From positions 14,452,191-14,516,190 of the forward strand of contig NC_057753.1 in the NCBI RefSeq assembly GCF_004010195.1: a DNA stretch of 64,000 nucleotides. The letters run 5' to 3'. This DNA comes from Chiloscyllium plagiosum. Taxonomy: Eukaryota. This document shows, piece by piece, positions 24,601 to 36,434 of this stretch; the first letter of the stretch is position 1; each line of letters opens with the position of its first letter. A program made the position numbers and the translations under genes. Under the pieces are notes generated by a model. That model was not told the DNA's origin, searched no databases, and worked only from the letters and a program-made list of their open reading frames with translations.

Positions 24601-27251
24601 TCTGAGGTACCAGCACTCGACATGTCAGTCTATTTATGTGAGTTTCCGTATATCTGATAATGTCTGTGCGTGTGTGTGTATGTGTGAGTGTGTATGTGTG
24701 TGTGTCTTTTTGAGCGTGCGCGCATCTGGACAGACAGATTAACTGCTTATGTGTATGCACAGATAGGTCTGTATGAGTGCTTCCGTTTACAAATTCGTTG
24801 GAGGTATTGACCTGTGTGTTTTGGTAGGTGCATTTTCACTGTGTATTATTCTATCTGTCCCAGTCTCTGGAAACATGTTCAAATGATTTTATCTCCGTTC
24901 ATCTGCAGTGGTGTTGTGCAGATCGATCATTAGTTCAGAAGCCGATGGCTGTTGCGTTGGGGAGATAAATTGCAACTGAACTGATAATAAGGAATTCATG
25001 CAAAACAATCTCAGTGTCTTTCACCGGTTTTCCTCCCTGAGTTGAACACTATGAAATGGCACCTGCTACTATTGGTTTCCTACTCACTGCGCAAGTGGAA
25101 AATCAAACGCATCAAGGACTCAAACAGAGGGAGGGCAGAAGCACACTAGAACATTCAAAATGGTAGCAGAATCAGAGGTAGTGTGCTGTCTTTGATGTTC
25201 TCCCTTCACATGTCAACCTGACAAGGAAAAAATCAATATTGATATATTAATATTTATTTTGTTCTTTGTTTCGCTTTGCTCAAGTGGCCACCATTGTGAA
25301 TACCCGTTCCCCATCTCCCATGTCAGTTTCCCAGAATCCACAGTTTGTGAAGAAGGCGTCTTTGCTCAGAGTGAGCTTAAGAATCGGGGACTGTGTTTGG
25401 ATACACATCTCACAATGAAATGGCACGCATCATTAAAACGGATATCAAGTTAAGTTCTCTGCAATTGGGCCTACACTTCAAACTGTCCTCCCTGTGGCTG
25501 GGAAATTGTCCTAAATGATTGATTTGTTCATGGCAACCAGCAGACCAAGCATTCATCGCTATCACTGCACTCTAATGTGTGCAACTACCAACAGAGAGCA
25601 TCACTAATCTTCCTCAAAGATACACTATATTATTGAAAGGCCAGATGTCTGCTGAGAAATGATGGCGAACAAGCTTGTTTTGTGCTTTTCTCAGAATGAG
25701 AGTAATTACTCATTATGTAAGCATGCCGACTGGAGGTCTCTTGTGGCGTCGTGAGATGTATCCAGACTTTTGAGTTAAGAGGTTTGTGTTCCATTCCCAC
25801 CTGTTCTAGAGGTGTGCCATAATACCTTGATAGCGTGATGTGGAAAAGCTTTTACTCACTTTGGGAGTGATTAGGACCAAGTGTGCAATCCTAGAATGAG
25901 ATGTCACCAAATCAAGACAGAGTGGAGGAGAAAGTTCTTCACACAAAGGGAAATGGATATGATCAACAGTTGTGCAGAGGCTAGTTTCGTCAGTGTATTG
26001 AAGGCTGACTTACGCAGATTCATTAGTCGGAAATGAATCAATTGTTATGTGGAAAGTGCAAGAAAGTCGATTAAATGATTATCAGATCAGCAACGATCTC
26101 ATCGAATTCTGGAACTGTTTCGAAGGGCAACATTTCACACTTCTCCTGCCCTGTTTTACGTAATTAAAGCCTTTTGACAGCAGTTAAGTAAGAGAGTAGG
26201 TCTGTGATCATGAAACTTTCTGCAGTGATTTGTTAAAAACTGTTATGACTTGCTGGAGAGGTTAAAAATGACAATATGGTCAGTATGCAAACAGGTAAAT
26301 GAATTGACATAGAAGGTATAAACTGCAGCATGCAGAAATGCCAGTATAAAGGACATCACTGAACAAAATTTTGAAACACACGGTAGATATATGAAGGGAC
26401 GAATGATTGGTTTTTGCTCTTCGCTGTGATTTTCTTATATGACTTGCAAATGGTGGTGGGTGCGTTGGTGCTTTGAGAACAGTGAAAAAGTTTGTATTTT
26501 CTCTTGACAATTTTTGCACTGGTCTGGATTTTATCAGACTAACTGTTTGCCCTTATACAATGGCATTCCATGCTCTCTGACAATGGCTATATCCTGATAT
26601 CAGAAGAGAATGTATGTTTTGAAAAGTGTTTGTGAACAACAGCTCGCTGTTCAACGTCTGGATTGAAACATTTGGTGTATTCATCTAGAAGTAACCGATC
26701 AAATGAACACACACGTACACACACGTACACACACGTATACACAAACACACACACACACACACGTGCCACGTTGTGTTGGAAGCAACACGATAAAGATCAA
26801 AATGATCACAACAATGATGATAGATTCAACATTCTATCAAAGTACTGAAATCATTATTTGCAGTCACACTCTACCTACAACGTGGCCTTCAGTAATGTCC
26901 TGCTGTGTTCCCATATGCTCACGCTTCAATCATTGTCAGCAGTGGGGATGTGAAACTCGGAGAAGGAAAACTTGTTCCCAGCTCACGGTCTGCATCACAT
27001 GCTCCAACAGATTGTTGGTGGTGGGGATTTGAACGGATGTCTTCACGTGTAATTCTGTTCCGTCTCTGTTTGCCTCTCTTGAGAGTGTGCAATTTAGTTT
27101 CCCAGCAGCTCCGATACACAGCAGGGTTAAAGTTTGGTCCAAGGTTGCTTTCGTTTTCTCTTTGTGCTAGTTTGAGCTCGCTGCATCTCATTCTCATTGC
27201 CCGGATGCCAAACAAACTCCAACAGATTGATGTTGAACCACCATCGGAGGT

Positions 27252-27742
27252 CGTTTTCGTACAGGCCTCATGTTGTTGCTCATCACTGAGAGCAGCACTA
27301 AATGCATTAATACACGGCAGAGTCAGTCAGCTGTGGCCCGGTGATAGTCAAACTGGTGAGTTACTTCGAGGTCTGAAATACTGCAGAGATGCAACCTTTA
27401 GCAAAATCAGCTGAATGCTTATAGCCTTCATTGTCATTCTGCAGTGCGGCCTCTGGCTATATGTCTCGGCGCTTCCAGTATTAAAGTATCAAAGTACTCA
27501 ACGTGGTATTGTATGCACAGTTTAGAGTCAATGCCTTACCTTCTTTCTGAGTATCTGAGGAGAGCGACTGAGTGACAGAATTGCCACGACTCAGGTCTGA
27601 AAAGTAAAATAGATATAAATTATAAAACGTCTGGCTGGTGTCTGTTTTGAAGATGATTAAATAAAGGAATGGGAAATGTCCTCACTCTACATTTTTCTGG
27701 AAGAATTTGTCCCAACAAAATCCAGATGCGGAGTTGATGCAC
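27252..27742 (-). pseudogene. TRAV/DV: TCR alpha/delta V segment V5 (V exon 27291-27596), heavily decayed, with defective RSS
   Basis: FR1/FR3 homology (tcaccagtttgactatcaccggg); TAT TAA at the YYC position; heptamer CTCAGTG, nonamer ACGAAAACG; leader ATG changed to GTG. Confidence 0.85.
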
Positions 27743-29434
27743 TTTCACTGTGAACTATTTAACAAAGATGCGAGATATTTGAAGATACCCATTTTGAAAC
27801 CCCGCCCACAATTTTGCCGTGATCCTGGACGTTTCAACCTCGTCAAATGATTGAATGATTTATTCTCACATGTTTTGCGGCCAATCCAGTGAAAAGTGCT
27901 TGTCTTGTGCTTCTGTGAGATGGGAGGAGGTGTGGAGAATCTTGATAAGTTGACAGACCACTAAGTGTGTTACAATTACTGACCTTAAAGAGGAGGATCA
28001 AGCATTCTGATGGATTGACTTTCCTCCATGAGAAGCAATTCATCATATTCCTAGTGCCCTTAATTTCACGTCTCTATCATTTTTCTGCCCCAACAAACGA
28101 CCAGATTTACGAGCAAATAGTTAATGGATGGCGCTAAATTACCCGGGTACTTCATCTCCTGGCTTTCCACCCAACGCATAATCCTTGTGGCACCATTAAA
28201 CTCAAACTCAAACTTATCCAGCGGGATCTTGGATGTTAATTCAGAAGCTGATGACTATTGCTTTGGCAGACAAGTTATCTGTAAGAATGAAAACGAATTA
28301 ATTGATTAAAAGTCCTCACAGTCGTTTTTTTTCCATATTTTTCTTATCTTCAGCTGGATACAATACCACGTCAGCTGGCAGATCAGTGCTACTGCAGAAG
28401 AGGAAGGTCAAACTCATCGAAGATTCAATTAGAGGGAGACCAAACAACACACAGCAGCCTTCAAACTTGATAGCAGCAATAACTCGCACACAGTAACTCA
28501 CACCAGCAATCTCTGCTGGTCTCAACCCGCATGTCCAGCTGATAGTCATAAATTCACTCGTGATATCTTAACGTTTATTTTATCCTTGTTTCACATTCCT
28601 CGCCGACATACAATGCTGAACAGTCATTCCCCCATCTCCTATGTAATTCTTTTACTGAAGTGATGGAGCACAGTTTGTTAAAAGGTTGGTGATACTCGAA
28701 ATAAGTTCATGAGTAAACGATACTTGCCTTACACTGGATAAAGTGTCCAATGTGATGCGTTTGATCATTAAAACATGCAAAAAAATGCATTCTCCTCAAC
28801 GTTAGTTGCACTTCAGACTGTCCTCCCTCTTCCTGGAAAATATTCTTTAATCATTGATTTGTTGGTGACAATTAACAGAACAGACACTCTTCACGAGACC
28901 TGACACAAAAAAACATATCACCAATGATATAATAGAAAAATCGATCCTGGTATTTCAGGGCTGGATAGCTGCTCAGAAATGAATGTGAACAAATATGCTT
29001 TCTGTTCATCATCATGAGAATAAATCTTTGGTATCTAAGCGTGGTCGTAATTTCCCATCTTTTGAGTTGGGTTGCCCAAGTTCAGGTTCCACCTGCTTCA
29101 GAGTGAAAACTAGGCAAGGTAGTGCAGAAAGGTTGTTGTCCCTGTGCAAGAGCCGAAGACAAGACAGCAGAATCTTGGCATAATGGTTCATATGTTTAAA
29201 CTGAGATTAACAGCAATTTCTTCTCTCGAACGGAAGTAAGTCTGAGGAAATCTTTACCACAGAGGTTGGGTTGCTAAGTTAAATGCTGAGACAGACGACT
29301 GTATTCACAGTAGAGAAACCAAGCGTACTGTGAATTTGATACTTACCAGACTTCATGCTTCGTTAGGATGACTGGTCATCTAATACTTCTATGTCTTACG
29401 TTGCTAAGGCTTTATGATTGAGGTGTTGACGACA

Positions 29435-29980
29435 GGAGATGCTGAAACGTCAGAGCGGATGTAGAGTTGGATTGGAAGAAGGACAGAAGGTCAAGTAATA
29501 TCGTAGGAGAAAGGGTGTTGACGTTTCAGGTCGGAACCTTTCATCAGGACAGGAGTAGGGGAAGGGGGCTGCAAAAAAAAGAGTGAATTGATGGGACTGG
29601 GGGAGGTAGGTGGTATCAAGTAGGGATTGGCTGTGATTGCTCATTGGGAAGGGTGGAGCCAATGAGTGGGAAGGAATATGGACAGGTCGGGTCAGGATAT
29701 AGGGGCAGAGTGCAGCGGCAGAACTGAGCTTAGAATGGCATAAGGGAGTGGGAGATTTAGAAGCTGGCTAATACTCTGCTCAGGCCCTATGATTGCAACT
29801 AAATGACAGAGTAGGCCGTTCGGTGCGTATGTTCATGCAGAGACGTGTTAGCAACTGCGATAAGGAATAAGGGAAATGAGCTTGTAGTGCACAGCGAAGT
29901 TGGCAGGTATCATGGAGTCGCGTCTGCCAAGACATCAGGATTGGGAGGTGAATATTGAAGCTCGTGCATCCGAACAAAAA
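29435..29980 (-). mobile_element. Penelope-like element 3' fragment with hammerhead-like motif
   Basis: Minus strand tcctgatgaaaggttccgacctgaaacgtc (29520-29549) within PLE-like pyrimidine-rich 3' sequence. Confidence 0.6.
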
Positions 29981-29984
29981 GATA

Positions 29985-31500
29985 GGCCAGTGGGTAGAGG
30001 GGGTGGGCTTGCCTGATGAGTAAGAAACGAAATTAAATCAATAGTAAGAAATGAAGCAAGTTCAGATAGTTTAGAATCTCTGTGGGTAGAATTGAAGAAC
30101 AACAACGGTTAAAAAAAGTAGAGTTGGTTATGTACAGTAGTACAGGAACCGGGACACAAAATGTAGCAGGTAATAGAAAATGTTTATTGGAAAGGCAAAG
30201 TTCGAGTGATCATGAGTGATTTCAATATGCAGGTGGACTGGGAAAGTCACAGTCATAGTGGAGTTCAAGGAAAGGAATTTGTGGGATGTCAACGAGATGG
30301 CGTTTTGGAACAGCTTGTGTGGGAGCTGATTAGGGAACACGCAATACTGGACTTCGTGCTGTGCAATGAGGCAGACCTGATATAGGACAATAAGGTGAAC
30401 GAAACCTTGGGAGGCAATGATCATAATATGATTGCATTTACTCTACAATTTGGTATGGAGTTGATAGAATCAGAGGTAACTGTATTACAGCTGAATAAAG
30501 GCAACTACAGAGGCATAAGGAAGGGGCATAAGGAAGGGTAGATTTGACTGTGCGAGGAGCCATGCAAGAAAGACAGTGGAACAGCAACGACTGGAGTTTC
30601 TGAAAGTTATTCAGGAGGCACATCTGAGGTTCATCTCGACGATAAAGAAACTTGGATTAGAGAGGAGGAGGCAACTATGGCTGACTTGGGAAGCCAGGGA
30701 TATCATAAAAGCCATAAAGAAAGTATATAGTGTGGGGAAGGGCAGAAACCAAAGGATTGGGAAACCTGCAAAGGCCAACAAAGAGGAACAAATAAATAAG
30801 TAAGGAGGGAACAGGTTACATGTGAGGGTAAGCCGGCCAATAATGTACAGGAAGACTGTGAGAGTTTCTTTAAAAACATAAAAGGCAAAAGTGGATACTG
30901 GGCCATTGGAAAATGATGATGGAGAGATAGTTGTAAGGAACAAGGAACTGGCTGAGGGACTGAATAATTATTTTTCATCATTCTGCACGTAGACCACTCG
31001 AGGAATCTCCCAAAAGTTCAAGAAGGAGTTGGCAGTGCTGAGGATGTTGGCCATAACCAAGGAGAAACGGCTAGAAAAACTGAACGGCCTGAGGTGGAAA
31101 AACAACATTTAAAGGTAGCGATCTGAAGAAATAGCGGAGATGTTAGTGGTGGTCTTTCAGTAATCACTAGAATTGGGGAGGGTCCAATAGGAGTGGCTGT
31201 CTGGAAGAAAGCAGTGAGTGGGGATAAAAGGGTCCTTCTCACGCTGGCAACCAGTGACAAGTAGTGTTCCACAAGGTTCGATGTTGAGAATGCAATTTTT
31301 CACATTTTGCATGAACAATCTCGAGGAAGGAACTGATGGCATTCCGGTTACATTTTCAGACGGTGCAAAGGTAGGCAGAGGGCCCAGTAGCATTGAGGAG
31401 TTGGGAAAGCTGCAGAAGCTTTTGGACAGGTTAGGAGAGTGGGCATTTAGAGTACAACGTGGGGAAGTGTGAGATCATGCACTTTATTAAGAAGAATTAA
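29985..31500 (+). mobile_element. CR1 LINE, degenerate and internally deleted
   Basis: EN-like SLWVELKN, LDFVLCNE and RT-like SSVPQGSML..TFSDGAKVG fragments. Confidence 0.8.
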
Positions 31501-31527
31501 AGCATGGAATTAAAGAATTAAAGCATA

Positions 31528-31646
31528 CGCCCAGAACAGAAATGCAGCACCTTGAACATCAGAGACAATGGAAGGGAGGATCCTGCCGTCGACCTCACCT
31601 ATAGTGATCATCAAATTGATACAATCAGTAACAAGACAGATACCCG
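31528..31646 (+). pseudogene. 3' remnant of a TRAV-like V segment (relic R4), truncated by CR1
   Basis: RPEQKCSTLNIRDNGREDPAV matches FR3 of relics R1-R3; followed by acagatacc and the shared downstream sequence. Confidence 0.55.
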
Positions 31647-32532
31647 GTACAGACAGGAGCACAGCGTCACCATATCAGCAACAGGAATCTTACAGAAGAC
31701 CAGCAATGACTGAGTGAAAATGAATGTTCTTACGTTCAATTTGGAAATATCACATGAATCATAATCGGTCAGAATTTAGAGTACATCCATTTTCTAACTG
31801 ACCTGTTCAGAGGTGTTATGCATACCTTTAGAACAGCTGATTCATTATACCGGATTTTTTGACCAAGATGCAAGGACATTACCACTCCATATCAGTACCC
31901 CCTAAGAATTTCAAGTGAAACTCTCCACATTGATTTCATTCAGGATAATGAGGATAATCAATGTTATTTGTGCCTACACCTTCACGTCCTTTGTACAGAA
32001 GTACAATACTGAAATCTTATGAAGAGGCAAGCCAGAGCAATAAGTACAGTTGTTATACTGCCACCTTTACATTAACCTAAATACAATTCCCAGAACGTCT
32101 CACCCATCATATTAGATATAGATAGAACAGTGGAGTGGGGGAAGAAAGTAACCACTGTAAAAACGCAGCTGCAAAGAGACTTGATGACTTGAGAATAAAG
32201 ACACCATCATGTACTTCTTTACTTTTCCATTATGGTCTCTCCAACAAAATTCAGGCTGGGATCACTGAAGAAAATTCTCCTCACTGTCTAATGGATCACA
32301 CGAAGGTGGTGATTTGAATGTGATTGCTCAAATATTAATCTTTTCTGTGTCTATTCGAGTGCTCCGTGTCTGTAGTTCATTTTCTCAGCGGCTCTGGGAA
32401 ACAATTGAGTGACAGTTTGTTCCAAAGTTAATTTGATTTCCTCTTGGTGCAAGTTTGAACATCTGACAGTTAATTCTATCAGCCTTCCATTTGCACAAAC
32501 TCCAATCGAGAGCCCATCCAATGATTCAAGGA

Positions 32533-32571
32533 AGTTTTTGGACAGGGGCGAGACTGGTTATCAATACTGTG
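32533..32571 (-). other. 23-RSS of V6
   Basis: CACAGTA - 23 bp - CCAAAAACT. Confidence 0.75.
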
Positions 32572-33024
32572 CTGTCCCAGAAAGCTCAGTAATACATGGC
32601 AACATCAGACAGCTGTAGCCCGGCGACAGTCAAACTGGTGAATTTCGCCAAATTCTGAAGATCCATAGAGAAACGACCTTGCACAAAATTTGCTTTATGA
32701 TCATCACCAAAAGGATCTTCCAACAAAATAAATTCAGGCTGTGAGCCTTGGTGCAGTCGGGTACCAGAACAGTGTATCATAGATGTAGTATCATAGGTAC
32801 AGGTTAGTGTCACCACATCGCCTTCTGTCCGAACATCTGAGGGGAGTGACTGATTGACAGAATCTCCGTTAGTCGGGTCTGAAAGGGAAAACAGATATCA
32901 AATGTAAAGAGCCAGACTGCGCTCGGTTTATCCTATGAGTTAATAACAACATGTGAAATGCATTTCCTCCATGCTTACCTGTTAGAATTGCTCCCAACAC
33001 AACCCAAATGCTGATTAGCCGCAT
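32572..33024 (-). pseudogene. TRAV/DV: TCR alpha/delta V segment V6 (leader 32979-33024, V exon 32572-32878), pseudogene
   Basis: Intact leader MRLISIWVVLGAILT and splice sites, but local frameshifts remove the WY motif and the second Cys codon is TGA (TAT TAC TGA). Confidence 0.88.
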
Positions 33025-33723
33025 TGTCACTACCATCTGTACAGAATGGCACTCGAATACTTGAAGACACTCATTCTATAAACTCCGCTCCCACGTAAAA
33101 TGGTGAGGTGTCTGTAGATGTTTGCACATCTCTGGCCTTATGTGAATGATGATGCTGTGTGGGCGGGAGGAAGACAGCCCACTCTCAATGAATGGACACA
33201 TCCACAAGATGGGTGACAGTCACTGCACCGAAAGTTCTGACAGATTATGGTCTATGCTCGATAAGCTCTTCCCCAGAATCAGGATATCGTTTACTCTCAC
33301 AATTACTTTTCACCACCTATATCCTCAAATGACACCAAATTTTGTCCTTTACAATTTAGCAGAGGGGATTGCAAAAAGACCCACACCACCCCTGGATTTC
33401 TACCCTAAATGTACTGTCCCTCCTGAAATTACAAACCTTCAAGTACCCTGCTTCTACATTACTGAAACCTTTCTCAAAGTTATCCAACAACATCTTTATT
33501 ATCACTTTAGCCAAATTACTCCTTTATTCGATTCCTCTTGTTGCTCCTCTGCCCTAAGATTCAACATTATAATTTTCTCCCTGTGTTAGTTCCTTTCATC
33601 ATTGGTCACTCAGCTCAATCTCACTTACCTTCTGCTCCTCTACAAGTGTTTTCTGACTTACTGAAAGCAGAAACCTCACACAGTAGGACCCGCTGTATGT
33701 CTAAATAATTTTACAGTCACTTT

Positions 33724-33882
33724 NNNNNNNNNNNNNNNNNNNNNNNNNNNNNNNNNNNNNNNNNNNNNNNNNNNNNNNNNNNNNNNNNNNNNNNNNNNNN
33801 NNNNNNNNNNNNNNNNNNNNNNNNNNNNNNNNNNNNNNNNNNNNNNNNNNNNNNNNNNNNNNNNNNNNNNNNNNNNNNNNNN
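33724..33882. other. Assembly gap (N run)
   Basis: 159 N. Confidence 1.
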
Positions 33883-34012
33883 TGCTCGCCTGTCTCTCTC
33901 TGTGCAAACGGAGATCCTTGTCAAGGTTTTGTTAGGGCCAAAGCCCACATGCGTTGCACTTCAACTTGCCTTGAATTGATGCCATGTCACTCTCTGCTGG
34001 CAACTCAGAGTT

Positions 34013-35558
34013 TTTTTTTAATTTCAAAATATACTTGATTCATAGAAATAAATCTTTGGTACCTCTACAATTGGTCATGCAGTTCATATATATACATTGC
34101 ATGTCTTAACATTACAGAGAACAGATTGAGTTATTCGAGTTTACAGTTAATGTATTTACAGTTCTGTTTGTTGTACAGTTCTTAGTATTTAGCTGAGGCT
34201 TTAGCGGAACCCAACTACTGAGTGGGCCCCTTGTTATACGATAGCAAAGGAACCTTCTTTAACCCCCAGGTTATGGGGTTACCATTGTCCATTTGACTGT
34301 CCTGTCTGTAGGGTAGCTGTCTGCATCCCCATGGTGAGCACGAACTGCTGGACCCTCGCTGGGCTGAGGTAACTGTCCAGATCCTCACTGGAGTCATTTA
34401 CCTGCTCTGGTGTCATTGAGCCAAGGCAAGGGTCCACACCGTCCAGTTCTGTGTCTGACAATGGGACTGTCAGAGAATCACGACTCTCAATTACCTGTAG
34501 CTGTGGGGCAGTGGGTACCCCCTGGTTCTCATTGGATGGAGGGTGGACTTCGGGGCGTCCGTTGTTTCCTGGTTGGGAGGAAATGCCCTCCTCTTTATCT
34601 ACGGCGCTCTATCTCTTCTGGTGATGGCCCTCCTTGCGCCTGTCTTCACCATCCGAAGAGCTGGCTATCCCTCCCTCGTGCAGCTGTCTTTTCCCCCTTT
34701 GCTGGGAGACGTGGCCGGATTTTCTTTTCCTGTTTTTAACAGGTATCCACTCCTCTGCCTGCTCGATTACCTCCTCCTCCATTGCTTCCATCTGCCCAGC
34801 TAGAGCTAGGATCAGCTGCTGTGTCTCTCCACTGTCTGCCGCCTCCTCCACTCCAGTCTGTTGGTCTTTCTGGGTGCCACCATACTCCGTTTCCCTGTTG
34901 TCTTGGTGGACCTTGCTGGTCTTTGGGGGTCCACGGCTCACATTGCCACCTCCAGCCATCTGTGCGTAAGTGGGGCCGTCCGTCTTGGGCAGGTCTTGTA
35001 CATGTGGCCCGCCTCTACGCACAGTTTGCAGCTCTTTGCTTCCTGATAGTCCTTGGTCAGGTGACCCTCCTGTTTGCAGTTCTTGCAAATGGTCACCTTG
35101 CAATCTGCTGCCATGTGTCCTGACTTCCCGCAGGTTCGGCACACTTTCGGCTGCCCTGCATATGTCAGGTAACCTCTGCTCCCTCCAATTGCAAAGCTCG
35201 AGGGTGGGTGGAAGATGTGCCCGTTGTCATTGACCCTCAGGTTTACCCTGACCTGCCGCTTTCTGGTCCAGATCCCGAAAGGGCCGACCACATTGGTGCT
35301 TTCTCCCTAGACTTGGACGTACCTTCCCAGGAAGTCAGGACATCAACCGCTGGAACATAGGGGTTGTACATATGGATTGTAACAACCCGACTCCTCTGTG
35401 CAGGAAGCACACACAACGGGACTGCTGACAGGATGGAGAACAAAGGCTCCCCTTCCTTCTCCTTGAAGTCCTTCAGGAGCTGCTCGCACTGCTTCACACT
35501 CCTGAAGGTCACGTGGAAATAGCCTGCCCCAGGGAAATCCTGCAGGCAGTACACGTCG
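34013..35558 (-). mobile_element. ORF1-only, 5'-truncated Tx1-clade derivative with its own 3' UTR and A-tail
   Basis: ORF1 YCLQDFPGAGYFHVTF..QPKVCRTCGKSGHMAADC..CKNCKQEGH..CKLCVEAGH (three CCHC knuckles), joined near 34270 directly to a 3' end resembling 35560-35770; no ORF2. Confidence 0.8.
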
Positions 35559-36233
35559 TTTTTTTAATTTCAAAAATATACTTTATTCATAAAATAATTT
35601 GATGGTGTGTACAGTTGGTCATGCCATACATACGTGAACATTTGCATGCAGAGATCAGAATTTATCAATTGTATATACAAGTCTGTTCGTTTATCAATCG
35701 TATGTCCATCTATTTAGCTGAGGCGTCAGCAGAGCCCAAATGACTGCGTGGGCCCCCTGTTCTTCTTAGGCAGGCAGATGTTACACGGTGGTATTTCCCC
35801 ACCACGCCTTGGCAGCAGCTGCCCCAAGCTTCAGCACGTCCCTCAACATGTAGTCTTGGACCTGGAATGTGCCAATCTGCAACACTCAGTCGGGGTCAAC
35901 TCCTTCAGCTGGAAGATCAACAGGTTTCGGACGGCCCAGAGAGCGTCCTTCACCGAGTTGATGATCCTCCAGGCACAGTTGATCTTCGTCTCGGTGTGCG
36001 TCCGGGGGAACAGGCTGTAGAGCACGGAGTCCCACGTCACGGCGCTGCTCGGGACGAACCTCGACAAACACCACTGCATTCCTCTCCAGTCTTCTTCTGC
36101 GTAGGCACATTCCAGAAGGAGGTGTGTGACAGTCTCGTGCCCCCCGCAGCCGCTTCGAGGGCAGCGTGCGGTGTGGCTGAGAGTCCAGGAGTGCATAAAG
36201 GATCTCACCGGCAGAGCCCTTCTCACCACCAGC

Positions 36234-36434
36234 ACTGAAAAGGTGTTGCTGAAAGAGCGCAGCAGGTCAGGAAGCATCCAAGGAGCAGGAGAATCGACGT
36301 TTCGGGCATGATCCCTTCTTCAGGAATTCCCGAAACTTCGATTCTCCTGCTCCTTGGATGCTGCCTGACCTGCTGCGCTTTTCCAGCAACACATTTTCAG
36401 CTCTGATCTCCAGCATCTGCAGTCCTCACTTTCT
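36234..36434. mobile_element. Palindromic Penelope-terminal-repeat mini-insertion within the Tx1 ORF2
   Basis: Inverted copies of the PLE tail (gcaggtcaggaagcatccaaggagcaggagaatcg / cgattctcctgctccttggatgctgcctgacctgc); 16-bp TSD ccttctcaccaccagc at 36218-36233 and 36435-36450. Confidence 0.85.

Noticed and set aside
26905-27414. 169-aa plus-strand ORF
   Set aside because: Antisense to pseudogene V5 and its flank; no recognisable domain.
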